64,000 nucleotides of DNA. Origin: Longimicrobiales bacterium (GTDB lineage: Bacteria; Gemmatimonadota; Gemmatimonadetes; Longimicrobiales; Gaopeijiaceae). This document shows, piece after piece, positions 1 to 10,011 of the stretch. Numbering within the stretch: the stretch's first letter is position 1; each line of letters starts with the position of its first letter. Where the stretch lies: NCBI GenBank assembly GCA_965198065.1, contig CBDAON010000004.1:1760001-1824000 (forward strand), given 5' to 3'. The notes beneath the pieces are model-generated. The model was not told the origin of the DNA and ran no database searches. It worked only from the letters and a program-made list of their open reading frames with translations. Made by a program: the position numbers and the translations under genes.

Positions 1-779
1 CCTCCTCCGACCCCACCGGGGAAGAGGTGGATGCCCCAGGAGACCCACGCCTCCGCGGGAATCGTCCGGCACGTGCCCTCAGGAAGGATCTCACCGAACT
101 TGCCCATCGCGTACTCGGTCGAGCGACCTGCGCTCTCGTACGTGCCGTCCTCCAGCAGGAGCTGGAACGTCGAGTTGGCGTGGTGGACGACCGACTTCGC
201 GTTGCCGACCCCGGGCTTCACCTGCAGTGCCTTGATGCAGCGCTCCTCCGCGAGGTTCGTCGGCATCATCGGCGAATACCACATGTCGTTCCCGGCCGCC
301 GGCACCTCGATCCCCGGCGTGCCGATCACGAGGTCCGGAGGTCCGAACTCGGCGGCCATCCTCCACTCATCCGCGCTCGCAAGCTGGATCGGCGGAGGCA
401 GGTTCGCCGGATCGCCCAGCGCCGCGCCCTGATCGACCCAGGCCACGATCGTCGCGATATCTTCCTCGGAAAGCCGCCAGTCCTGCTGCAGATCCTGGAT
501 GCCTACGTCCCTGTCATACGCGTAGGGAGGCATCTGGTGGCTGGCGACCCTCTCGCGGATCATCGGAGCCCACGGACGGATCTCCTCATAGCTCCTGAGC
601 GCCATCGGCCCAATCCCACCCGGCTGGTGGCAGATCTGGCAGTTCTCCTGGATGATGGAGGCGACGTCCTCCGCAAACGTGACCTGCCCGTCGGTCATCT
701 GCGCGGAGAGGTTCCCTCCGAGCATGACCGCCGCCGCGAGCGCGAGCGCTCCCGTCCACCAGTGTAAACGCGTTTTCAT
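1..779 (-). CDS. Secreted c-type cytochrome / copper-monooxygenase-like protein (runs off the window edge)
   Basis: Not in the ORF track because it has no stop inside the window. Manual translation from ATG 779 gives a signal peptide (MKTRLHWWTGALALAAAVMLGG), a CQICH heme motif, QMPP and VVHHA. Confidence 0.7.
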   Translation of the reverse strand, partial: MKTRLHWWTGALALAAAVMLGGNLSAQMTDGQVTFAEDVASIIQENCQICHQPGGIGPMALRSYEEIRPWAPMIRERVASHQMPPYAYDRDVGIQDLQQDWRLSEEDIATIVAWVDQGAALGDPANLPPPIQLASADEWRMAAEFGPPDLVIGTPGIEVPAAGNDMWYSPMMPTNLAEERCIKALQVKPGVGNAKSVVHHANSTFQLLLEDGTYESAGRSTEYAMGKFGEILPEGTCRTIPAEAWVSWGIHLFPGGVGG

Positions 780-901
780 GAGTCGAGACTCCTCACTTTG
801 GGCGAACGGTGAACAGACCTGCCAACATCAGGACATTATGCGCTAGGGAGCGCCCGCCCCGCAAGGAGGTAACGGAGGGCGGGGGGGATAGTCCTACCCG
901 G

Positions 902-1024
902 AGACTGTGCCAAAAACTGCGCCGACAGGGGCCGACTATGGCACAGTCTGACGGACGCACGATCCAGCAGCCCCAACGTTTTCCGACCCCCACCGACACC
1001 AGAAAGGGGCTTGCAAAGCAGGCG
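902..1024. repeat. 123-bp att-like unit, copy 1
   Basis: Begins agactgtgccaaaaactgcgcc and ends ccagaaaggggcttgcaaagcaggcg. Contains the internal inverted repeat agactgtgcca/tggcacagtct. A same-length copy is at 13408-13530. Confidence 0.85.
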
Positions 1025-1048
1025 CTCTCCCAACTGAGCTATGGCCCC
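1009..1048 (-). tRNA. tRNA-Ala(TGC) 5' fragment, about 40 nt, no T-arm or 3' acceptor strand
   Basis: Reverse complement reads GGGGCCATAGCTCAGTTGGGAGAGCGCCTGCTTTGCAAGC, then non-tRNA sequence CCCTTTCTGG. Confidence 0.9.
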
Positions 1049-1181
1049 GTCAGCTTCCGGACCTGTTTGGGGGTCCTGGTTATGCGGCGCAATCTGAAAT
1101 GGCGCCACAGGGCCCATCACTTGGAGTTTTGGTCGTGATGGGGTCTCCTTACCGAGCGACTGTGACTCGCGTCACAGCGGG

Positions 1182-1215
1182 CGCGTAACGTGCATCACCG
1201 CGTAACGTGCATCAC
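1182..1215. repeat. 17-bp perfect tandem repeat next to a hairpin
   Basis: cgcgtaacgtgcatcac x2, preceded by ctgtgac-tcgc-gtcacag at 1160-1177. Confidence 0.85.
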
Positions 1216-1232
1216 AGTGAAGCGGTTTAAAA

Positions 1233-1855
1233 GGTGATTATAGGGAATACTTGATTTCCGCACAAGATCATGTTAACTTTCAGGTACGATAAGATTAGCA
1301 CTGACAGGAGGTTACATGACTCGCCAGGCACCCGGAAAAAGCTATCGGAAGGGGATCAGCCTGATGGAGCTGGCCGATATGTTTCCGACCGAGGAAGCGG
1401 CGGTGAAGTGGTTCGAGGCGTGGCACTGGCCGGATGGCGAGATCGCTTGCATGAGGTGCGGGAGCCTGAACGCCTACCGTGTGAAAAGCGGTCGTCCGCT
1501 GCCGTATCGGTGCCGGGACTGCAAGCGGTACTTCTCGCTGAAGACGAACACGGCGATGGAGGCCAGCAACCTTCCGCTTCGGAAGTGGGCCTACGCGATC
1601 TACCTGGAGATCACGAGCCTGAAGGGTGTGTCGAGCGTGAAGTTGCACCGCGACCTGAAAATCGCGCAGTCGTCCGCGTGGTTCATGAAGCACCGAATCC
1701 GCGAGGGGCTAGCGGCGGAGTGCCGGGAAGTGTTTACCGGGCCGGTCGAAGTTGACGAGACGTACATCGGCGGCAAGGAGAAGAACAAGCATGCCAGCAA
1801 GAAGGCGAACCTCGGGTGCGGCCCGAAGAAACCGGTCAGTGGAATACGCCTGTGA
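1233..1855 (+). mobile_element. IS1595-family element, transposase truncated
   Basis: ORF 1316-1855 has a Zn ribbon (CMRCGS...YRCRDC), an HTH region and VEVDETYIGG. The rest of the DDE domain is missing. Probable left end ggtgattata follows an AT-rich stretch. Confidence 0.85.
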
Positions 1856-1867
1856 ACATGGAAATTC

Positions 1868-3300
1868 GAGTGAGTCCCATCTTTAGTTGAAATTGAAGCG
1901 GCCTCCAACCTCAGGTAACGTGGGTGTGCGACCACACCACGGGATCACAAGAGAGGAAGGAGGCCACCGATGGGAAGGATGCCAAGGCTCGTCGAGCGGG
2001 GCAAGAAGGACCGGCGGCTCGGGGAACCGAGGGAGGTGAGTTGGGAGGAGATCGAGGCGCTGGAGCTGGACCCTCGGGTGGAGCTGATCCGGCAGCTGAT
2101 TCCGCTGGGACTGGCGGAGGTGGGCCGGATGCTCGAGGAGGAAGTGGAGCAACTGGCGGGGCAACGTCACGCCAGGAAGACCGAGGACGATCGACATTGC
2201 CGGCATGGGCATAACCCAGGGTCGGTGCGGTTGGGCGGCCAGCGGCATCCGGTGCGAGTACCGCGGGTGCGAGGCCCGGCCGGAGAGTCGAGGCTGGCGG
2301 CGTATGAGCAGCTGCATGGCTCGCCCGGCGAGATGGACGAGGGGCTGTTTCGGAAGGTGCTGCTCGGGATCTCGTGCCGGGACTACGAGGCAGCGGTCGA
2401 GGCGGTGCCTGGAGCCATCGGGCTGTCGAAGTCGACGGTCTCGCGGGAGTTCAAGAAGGCCACGGCCGCGAAGCTGAAGGAGTTTCAGGAGCGGGACCTC
2501 TCGGGTTACGACGTGGGGTGGCACTCGTCCTGGACGGCAAGAGCTTTGCCGAGGACGAGATGGTCGTCGCGCTCGGGGTGACGACCAAGGGGGACAAGGT
2601 CTTCCTCGGGTTCGTCCAGACCGACACGGAGAACGCCGTGGTGATCCGATCCTTCCTTCGGAGTCTGAAGGACCGAGGTCTCGACCTGTCGGCCGGAGCG
2701 CTCGTGGTGATCGATGGAGCCCGCGGTCTCCGGAGCGGCGTCCTGGCGGTCTTCAAGGGACAGGTGCTCATCCAGCGGTGCCAGTGGCACAAGCGGGAGA
2801 ACGTGATCTCGTATCTGCCGAGAGCGGAGCAGAAGGGCTGGCGCCAGCGTCTGCAGCGCGCCTACCAGCGGCCCACGTACGAAGAGGCCGTCAAGGACCT
2901 CAAGGCCCTGCGCCAGGAGCTCGCGGGGGTGAACCAGTCCGCGGCGGCCAGTCTCGATGAGGGGTTCGAGGAGACCCTCACCCTCCACCGGTTGGGAGTC
3001 TTCCCCCTGGTCGGCCAGTCGCTCAAGACCACCAACGTGCTCGAGTCCGTGAACGCCCTGGCCGAGCAGAGGTGCGGACGCGTGGACCACTGGAAGAACT
3101 CGAGCCAGAAGCACCGATGGCTCGCGACCACGCTCCTGGAGATCTAGTCACGGCTCCGGAGGTTGCTCGGGTACCGACACCTCCCGCTCCTCAGGGCCGC
3201 GATCCAGAAGGACCTCGGGATCACCCTTCCCGAGAGCCGTTCACATGCTGTCGCCTGAGACGGAGGCCGCTCCAGTTTCAACTAACTTTGGGATTGACTC
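1868..3300 (+). mobile_element. IS256-family element, inactive
   Basis: Terminal IRs: left gagtgagtcccatctttagttgaaattgaagcggcctcc; reverse complement of the right end gagtcaatcccaaagttagttgaaactggagcggcctcc. Transposase motifs LVLDG, VIDGARGL, QRCQWHK, TTNVLES. Frameshift near 2515 and in-frame TAG at 3145. Confidence 0.9.
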
Positions 3301-3987
3301 GGGAATCCCGGTGAATGCTGCGCCTGCTACGAATATTGATCCTTTACGAAGAGGCGATGACAGGGAACCATGGATTACTCCAGACGGGAATACCATCTAT
3401 TTCAAGTCCGACAGGCTTGCTACTACCACTCCTCGTAACGCCAGCGATGTTTTCGTCACCCATAAGGTTGAGGGGGGATGGACTGAGCCGGAGTTAGTTC
3501 CATATCCGATAAGCACAGACGCTGGAGACGAGCACTGCCCTATGTTGCTCCAGGATGGCCAGACCCTCTGTTTCGCCTCTTCGAGGGCTGGTGGCTACGG
3601 TGGTTCTGATATCTGGTGTTCACAGGAGGATGAAAACGGGAACTGGCAGGAACCGTGAATCAAGGCCCAAACATTAATACATCAGCTTCCGAATTCCACT
3701 TCATGGAAGACAAAGATGACTGGGTGTACTTTTCCTCAGGCAGACCTGGTGGATATGGCGGCATGGACATCTGGGCTTCCGAGCATCTGGGGCGTGGGAC
3801 GGGGGCTGATGCTTGGGGTCCTGCAGTGAACCTTGGGCCGTCAGTAAACACCGCGGACACCGATATATGCCCTGCTCTTCCGCCGGATGGTGAGACCATG
3901 GCCTGGTTCTCGAACAGAACGGATAACACTCTTGGTCTCTCTGATATCTTCTGGGTTTATAAGAAGGAAATGGGGGTAACCCCCTGA
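3301..3987 (+). pseudogene. PD40/TolB-like beta-propeller protein, IS-disrupted and frameshifted
   Basis: Repeats TPDGNTIYFKSDR, FASSRAGGYGGSDIW, YFSSGRPGGYGGMDIW, AVNLGPSVNT. Frameshift at about 3655. Confidence 0.8.
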
Positions 3988-4237
3988 CTCAATACCGGTC
4001 CTCTAAGGATCCTGAGCCACGGAAGGTTACGACGCGCTTGTCACGAACGGGCGCTTGACCTCCGCGTTTCATCGTGCGGTGTGGTTGGGGCCAAGGTCCG
4101 CCGAAGGTGAGGTGGAGGGTTGGGCCGCCGGGCACGAGGACGAAACCCCTATACTGCAAGGTCTTAGGCCCGTCTAGCGCTTCCCACCCGCCGCGCAACA
4201 GAAGTTCGCAGGAGACGTTAGGAAGCAGCGGCGGCCT

Positions 4238-4342
4238 CCGCGGATGCGCGCATTTCTCGAGGCCAAGCGCAGGTACGACCCCGGCGAGCTCTTCCAGAGT
4301 GACTGGTATCGCTGGCACAGGGACGTGTTCACGGCGAGCTGA
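4238..4342 (+). pseudogene. C-terminal relic of an FAD-linked oxidase, related to 11389-12786
   Basis: PRMRAFLEAKRRYDPGELFQSDWYRWHRDVF* aligns with PRFPDMLRLKRAYDPAELFQSTWYRHYREVF. Confidence 0.8.
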
Positions 4343-4367
4343 TCCGGTCCAGCTCATCCAAGGGCCC

Positions 4368-5153
4368 ATGAAGTCACGACTCCTCACCCTATACGTAGCG
4401 TGCTGGGTCGGAGCGCTGTGGATGCCTTCCTCCAGCGCTTCGGGTCAGGACGTGCGCGTTGGGCCGGACCCTGAACGGATCGAGCGCCCTCAGGCCCCCT
4501 CCGAGCGCGCAGCCCTGCTCGAGACATGGATCGAAGGCGAGCCGGCCCGCTACGACCTACGTTTGCAGGCTGCCCACGAGTACTCGCGAGCCTTCGAGCT
4601 CGAGACGGACGAAGCGCGGCGCAGAGAGCTTGGATACCGTGCGCGGGAGCACGCTCGAGCGGCGGCGTTTCTGGACCCCGTTGGCATCGAAGCGCACTAT
4701 TGGCTGGCGGCGGCCTCCGGCCAGCTCGCCGACATCGAGGGCGGACGAACCAAGATCCGTCTCGTGGAAGAGTCGTGGGACGAGGCGGGGTGGGTGCTCC
4801 GTGCCGACTCGCTGCATGTCGGCGCCCACTTCGTACGGGGTCGCATCAACGCCGGGGTGCAACGAGCGAGCGCGTTCCTCCGCTTCCTCGCGAGGGTTCT
4901 CCTGGGTGCCGATGCCATCGCCGAGACCTCCTGGGAGGCTGCGATCCATCACCTCGAGAAGGCCGCGGAACTCGAGCCCGAGACTCCGATGCACCACTTC
5001 GAGCTCGCACGGGCTTACAAAGACCGAGAACGTCCTGATGAGATGCGAAGGGCCCTCGAGGCGGCCGTAGCTGCCGCCGGCTCCGGCAACCCGGAGGTCG
5101 ACGAAGGATACCGGATCCGGGCAAGGGCCCTGCTGCGGGAGACCGTCGGTTGA
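4368..5153 (+). CDS. Secreted TPR-repeat protein
   Basis: Signal peptide from ATG 4368. TPR-like segments EAHYWLAAASG, HLEKAAELEP and HHFELARAY. Confidence 0.7.
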   Translation: MKSRLLTLYVACWVGALWMPSSSASGQDVRVGPDPERIERPQAPSERAALLETWIEGEPARYDLRLQAAHEYSRAFELETDEARRRELGYRAREHARAAAFLDPVGIEAHYWLAAASGQLADIEGGRTKIRLVEESWDEAGWVLRADSLHVGAHFVRGRINAGVQRASAFLRFLARVLLGADAIAETSWEAAIHHLEKAAELEPETPMHHFELARAYKDRERPDEMRRALEAAVAAAGSGNPEVDEGYRIRARALLRETVG

Positions 5154-5343
5154 ACGCCCTAAGGGCTCCTTACGTGGTCGGCGAACGCGTGTCACCTCAG
5201 CCAGTCAGGTGGCCCGCTCCAGCGCCCGAGATACGACAACGGCGCCCAGCGGGGGTAAGGGACCACGGGGGAACCCGGAAAATTTCTAGCATGATGGCAA
5301 CCGTTAAAGACTTCGCTCGATACCACCGCCTTCGGATCCGTCG

Positions 5344-6051
5344 ATGACCGGGAAGCGGTTTCTTCTGCTCAGAGTGCGGCGGGGGCAACGTCGCCTGCCC
5401 TTTCGAGGCGCCATCGGCCGGCTCCGGCTCCTCGTCTTTCCGATCCTGATTCTCTTCGTCGGGTGTGATTCGCTCTCAGGACCGGACGGAGACGAAGATG
5501 CCGGGGAGCCCTTCGACAATACGTGCCTTCTACCGCCGTTTGCCGCCGCGAGCATTACGCTCGATGGACTGGTCGACGATTGGGCGGGAGTGGATCCTTT
5601 GGCACTCGACGAACAGGGGGACGATTCGCCCTTGTTTACCGGAGATGATCTCCGGGCGGTGTACGTGGCGCAGAGTAGCCAAGATCTATTCGTGCGGGTG
5701 GATCTCTGGGAGACCGTCAATACCAACTTCGGAAACGGCCCTGTCGACGAAGAATACGGCAGATACAACATCGTGATCGAGAACGTCGGATCCTTCCCCA
5801 GGATCGACCTCGGGATAGCTTTTGACGTAGACGCCGGAGGGTGGAGCGTGGGTCACAACGGTGCGAGCTCACAGGTACCGGACGGCTTGGAAGGACCCAC
5901 GTTCGTTGCCGTTGTCGAGTCGGTGATAGAGTTCGGCGTACCCTTGGGCTTGATCGGCAACCCTTCAGGCTATACGGAGGTCCAGGCGGAGGCTCTGACT
6001 ACTGATGCCGTACAGCTGGACGAGGTGGGGCAGGCGTGCGTGGCCAGCTGA
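5344..6051 (+). CDS. Putative lipoprotein with a DOMON/CBM9-like domain
   Basis: Lipobox-like LFVGC. Motifs ITLDGLVDDW, DLRAVYVA...LFVRVDL and IEFGVPL. Confidence 0.55.
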   Translation: MTGKRFLLLRVRRGQRRLPFRGAIGRLRLLVFPILILFVGCDSLSGPDGDEDAGEPFDNTCLLPPFAAASITLDGLVDDWAGVDPLALDEQGDDSPLFTGDDLRAVYVAQSSQDLFVRVDLWETVNTNFGNGPVDEEYGRYNIVIENVGSFPRIDLGIAFDVDAGGWSVGHNGASSQVPDGLEGPTFVAVVESVIEFGVPLGLIGNPSGYTEVQAEALTTDAVQLDEVGQACVAS

Positions 6052-6584
6052 CGTCTGGTAGCGGCTGAGTCGTGGACGGCCGCGTCGTCAGCGGTCGAGG
6101 GTCAGACAACCGCCTCGGGCTCGGCCGCCGGCAGGAGCTGCCATCGGAGCTGAAGCACGAACGACAGGAGTGCCGCGAACGCCCCGATAAGGATCCCGAA
6201 GGTCGAGGTGAGCATCGCGCGCACCAGGGCGGGATCGTCTGCAAAGCGGAGATCCGCGGCGGATGGGATCGAGGCACGGGAGATCGGGGCCGAGCGGTGT
6301 GTCCTACACGGGACCCCCCGGGGGCTGTCCCCCTCCGGGGCTCGCTCCCTCCTCTCGTCTGGCTGGAGACGAGATGCTTCGAATCAATCCCGCCGACCTA
6401 GAAGCCGCATGGCTTGATCTGCGGGACATGGTCGATGCGCTCTTTGGAGAGGGCGCCTACAAGTGCCTCGGGACGTTCGCGTTTCGTCGCGTCTTCGTGG
6501 CCCCTGACGCTGCTCCCCGCGCTGAGGGAGACTAGAGCGAAAAACCGCACACTGTTTCCAACCTCTAGGCCGTTTGCCGCGAGT

Positions 6585-7821
6585 ATGAACCGTCGTGCGT
6601 TACCGCTCATAATGGGCCTGCTTCTTCTCCAACTGGGCTGCGGCCTCCTCGATCCAGACGCGCTCGTGGCTCTTCAGAGTGCCCCGATCGGTGCTCAGCA
6701 GACCCCGGATCCAACGGGCTGGGAGCTGACCGGGATTCCGGCGATCAATTACGACTCCGATGAGGGCTTCGGGTACGGGGTCCTCTTCGAGGCCTACAAC
6801 TATGGTGAAGGGGGATACGCCCCCTATCGGTTTACGCTCCAACCCACCGTGCTCTTGACGACCGGTGGGCGGCGTGACTTCACGGTCTTCTTCGATGCCC
6901 CGCACTTGCTTGCGGCCGGGTGGCGGCTTGATGCCTACCTCAGCAGTGAAAAGCAGATCGCGACCCCGTACTACGGAGTGGGCAACGCTACGCCGTACGA
7001 CGTGACCCTCGACGATGACGAGGGCCCTGACCCGTTCTACTACCGCTTCGGTCGCACACGGCGCAGCGCGACGTTCAACCTGCAGCGGAACGTTGCCGGG
7101 ACTCCCATGAGGTGGCTCGTTGGCGCCGGCCTGGTCCGCACTTCCGTCCTCCCTGTCCCCGAGAACGACGGCACCACGTTGTATGGGATGGATGTCAGCT
7201 CGACGGACCAGACGGCCTGGTCGAACTACGTTCGTGCTGGCCTCGTGTGGGACTCACGGGACCGGGAGACCGGACCTCGCAGCGGCGCGTGGACCGAGCT
7301 ACTAGTACAACGCGTAGACGACACCTTCGGCGCCGACGCGAGCTATACGCGGTGGACGTTTACGGATCGCCGCTATTTCTTCCTCGGTGAGCGAGTCGTT
7401 TTCGCGCACCGCTATCTGCTGCAGAGCGTAGGCGATGGGGCGCCCGTTCACGACCCTCTTTCAGGTGCAGACCTCGTTCAAGCAGCAGGAGGGGCTCGGA
7501 GGCTCCAAGACCGTCAGGGGCATCTTCAAGAACCGATTCGTGGGGCGGAGCATGCTCGTTTGGAATGCCGAACTGCGTTGGCACGCAGCCGACTTCCTTC
7601 TTTTTGGCAGGTCGTTCCACATGGTACTCTCGGCCTTCGTCGATCAGGGCCGTGTATGGGGCGGTGACGTCCGACTCGATGAGCTGCTGGCCGACCTCCA
7701 CCGCGGCTTCGGTGGCGGCGTACGGTTCGGCATGGGAGAGAACTTCATCGTGGCGGTCGACATGGGCCGGTCTGAGGAAGCCGGCATGCCGATGTACATA
7801 GGACTAGGGTATCTGTATTGA
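6585..7821 (+). pseudogene. Omp85/BamA-TamA family beta-barrel protein, frameshifted
   Basis: PAINYDSDEGFGYG, TVRGIFKNRF and a C-terminal YIGLGYLY. Split between two ORFs by a +1 shift near 7455. Confidence 0.8.
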
Positions 7822-8140
7822 TGGCGCCGGAAGTGCAGGTCGCCTCGGAGACGGCCGAAAGCGTGGGCTTCTGGCGCACCGTACTGACCAAGCCCGTCCT
7901 TTCGTGGGCGCTGTACGACCTGGCGAACACGATCTTCTCGATGAACATCGTGTCGCTGCCATCCTCGGTCCCGCGATGTTCGCCCTCGTCTCGGAGACGC
8001 TGGGCTGGGGCAGACGGGCGGCGATGGGAAGTCTCTTGCTGTCGATCGTGATCTCCTGGCTGATCCTACGTGGCGTGTCGGACGAGGAGTGTGAGTGGGG
8101 ACCGGAGGATCAGGTGGCACCCCAGGCCACAGCTCTCTAG
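7821..8140 (+). pseudogene. UMF1/Atg22-like MFS transporter with a large internal deletion
   Basis: N-terminal SWALYDLANTIFSMNIVS is joined directly to C-terminal AAILGPAMFALVS...GRRAAMGSL. Confidence 0.7.
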
Positions 8141-8169
8141 CCCAAGAACCAGTCGAGCGCCCGGCGCGC

Positions 8170-9561
8170 ATGAGTCAGCCCTCCGCCTTCGGCCGAATGG
8201 AACCCTTCATCTGGGATCAGAACGAGCTCTGGGGGGCGCTCGAACGGGAGTTCGTAGCGGCGAAGGGGCGAGGTGGCGAGGCGCTCACGGCCAGTATCGA
8301 TCGTTCCCTGACCTTCGTCAGCGAGCGTCTCGATGAGCTCCGCGCCTCGCGTCCACCAACCGACCCGGCGTTCCGCGAGATAGAGACCGCTTTCTTCGAG
8401 ATCGCTCCCAAGATCGCGGCGTGCCCGGATCGCGTGGGGGAATACGTCGACCTGTACAATCGCGTCCGCTCGTGGGTGAAGGACCAGTCCGTTCACTGGG
8501 ACTTCGATCGGCTCGAGGTTAGACAGACGCTGTACCGGCTCATCTACGGAGGACGCATGGGCCTGGAGGAGGTCATCCTTCAATCTCCGACGGACGCCCT
8601 CGCCTCCACGGTCCTCGTGCGCGATGAGCCGTCGTCGACTCCGTCGACCGTGCTCTACGGCGTTCGTCTCCACAGTGGCGACCTGCTTCTGTCCAGAGGG
8701 GGGACGTCAGCCTCGGCGTTCATCGCTCGCGCTCACGACTACCCCGGCAACTTCTCGCACGTGGCGGTCGTGCACGTGGACGAAGCCCGCGGCAAAGCCT
8801 CGATCATCGAGGCGGACATCAAGGGTGGCGTCCGAACCCGAACTCCGGATGAGTACGTGGCAGAAGACAAGCTGAGGATCATGGTGCTGCGCCCGAGGAG
8901 CGACCTCGGCGAAATCCGCCGTGATCCGCTACTGCCGCATCGAGCAGCCGCCTGGGCCCTCCGTCTGAGCAGATCCCGACGGATTCCCTATGACTTGGCG
9001 ATGGACCGCGAGGACCATTCGAGGATGTTCTGCTCCCAGGTTGCCTATGCCGCGTACAAGCCTCTCGGGCTCAGGCTCTGGACAGGGATGTCGTATATCT
9101 CACGGCCCGGGGTCGGTCGTTGGCTCGCTGCCGTGGGCGTGGAGAACTTCGAGACGCAGGAGCCGTCCGACCTCGAATACGATCCACAGCTCCGGGTGGT
9201 GGCCGAATGGAGGGATCAGAATCGCTTGCTCCACGATCACATGGACAACGCGATCATCGAGGTTCGACTGGACGAGGCGGACCGTGGTGAACCGTTGACG
9301 CTGGCCTTGTGGAAGCTGCCCTTCATGAAGCTCATCAAGGGCTACAGTGTCATCCTCAATGGGCTCGGTAGGGAAGGCCCGGTCCCCGAAGCCATGACGG
9401 CGAGGACGGCGTTGTTGTATATGCGCTTCGGGGAGGTGCACGAAGCAGTGAAGCGACTTGTTGTCCAGGACGTCGAGGACTTCAGGGAGAAGAACCGATA
9501 TCTGCCACCGTATTGGCAGTTGCTGGACATCATCCGCAGGCTGAGGGTGGATAAGCCATGA
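8170..9561 (+). CDS. YiiX/YebB-like permuted papain-like (NlpC/P60) cysteine hydrolase; start uncertain
   Basis: LHSGDLLLSRG, NFSHVAVV, PYD and MFCSQV, with His before Cys as expected for the permuted fold. Confidence 0.8.
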   Translation: MSQPSAFGRMEPFIWDQNELWGALEREFVAAKGRGGEALTASIDRSLTFVSERLDELRASRPPTDPAFREIETAFFEIAPKIAACPDRVGEYVDLYNRVRSWVKDQSVHWDFDRLEVRQTLYRLIYGGRMGLEEVILQSPTDALASTVLVRDEPSSTPSTVLYGVRLHSGDLLLSRGGTSASAFIARAHDYPGNFSHVAVVHVDEARGKASIIEADIKGGVRTRTPDEYVAEDKLRIMVLRPRSDLGEIRRDPLLPHRAAAWALRLSRSRRIPYDLAMDREDHSRMFCSQVAYAAYKPLGLRLWTGMSYISRPGVGRWLAAVGVENFETQEPSDLEYDPQLRVVAEWRDQNRLLHDHMDNAIIEVRLDEADRGEPLTLALWKLPFMKLIKGYSVILNGLGREGPVPEAMTARTALLYMRFGEVHEAVKRLVVQDVEDFREKNRYLPPYWQLLDIIRRLRVDKP

Positions 9562-9998
9562 CCTCGGCAACTTCCGCCCTGTTCCTCTGGGCCCTTCTCG
9601 GCCTTTTCGCCCTTCGCGTCGTCGGGCAGGTCATCGTGATGCTATGGGAGCCTCGTTGGCTGCCCCCACCGAAGCAGTGGTTCTCCGGCCTCGTCGCCTA
9701 TCCGTATCTCCTTCTTTTCCAGGTCCTCTTCCTGGCTCTCATGACGGCGATGATCCTGGGGCTCCACCCTGGCGTGGGACCGTTCGGCTCACCCGGGGCC
9801 GGCTTCTCGGCGTTCTGCGTGTCGTTCAGCGTCCCGTACTACGGGTTCATGATCTATCGATGGGTGTTCAGAGTGCTCAGGAATCCGTCGCGACGCTGGT
9901 TCGACACCCTCATTCCCATCCTCTTCCACTGTGTGCTCGCGACCTTCCTGCTGCTCTACGGTCTCGCTGGACTGCGCCTGGCGGATGGGATGCCCTGA
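9558..9998 (+). CDS. Hypothetical 4-TM membrane protein
   Basis: ATGA overlap with the upstream gene and several hydrophobic helices. Confidence 0.65.
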   Translation: MTSATSALFLWALLGLFALRVVGQVIVMLWEPRWLPPPKQWFSGLVAYPYLLLFQVLFLALMTAMILGLHPGVGPFGSPGAGFSAFCVSFSVPYYGFMIYRWVFRVLRNPSRRWFDTLIPILFHCVLATFLLLYGLAGLRLADGMP

Positions 9999-10011
9999 GC
10001 GGAATCCTCCG

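Noticed and set aside
27..767. 246-aa plus-strand ORF
   Set aside because: It is the shadow of the minus-strand cytochrome-like gene.
902..1048. Intron-containing or complete tRNA-Ala
   Set aside because: No 3' exon (T-arm GGTTCG or CCA end) was seen downstream in the window, and the adjoining sequence recurs as a DNA repeat.
4125..4165. Hammerhead-like gaggacgaaac
   Set aside because: The CTGANGA core and supporting stems are missing.
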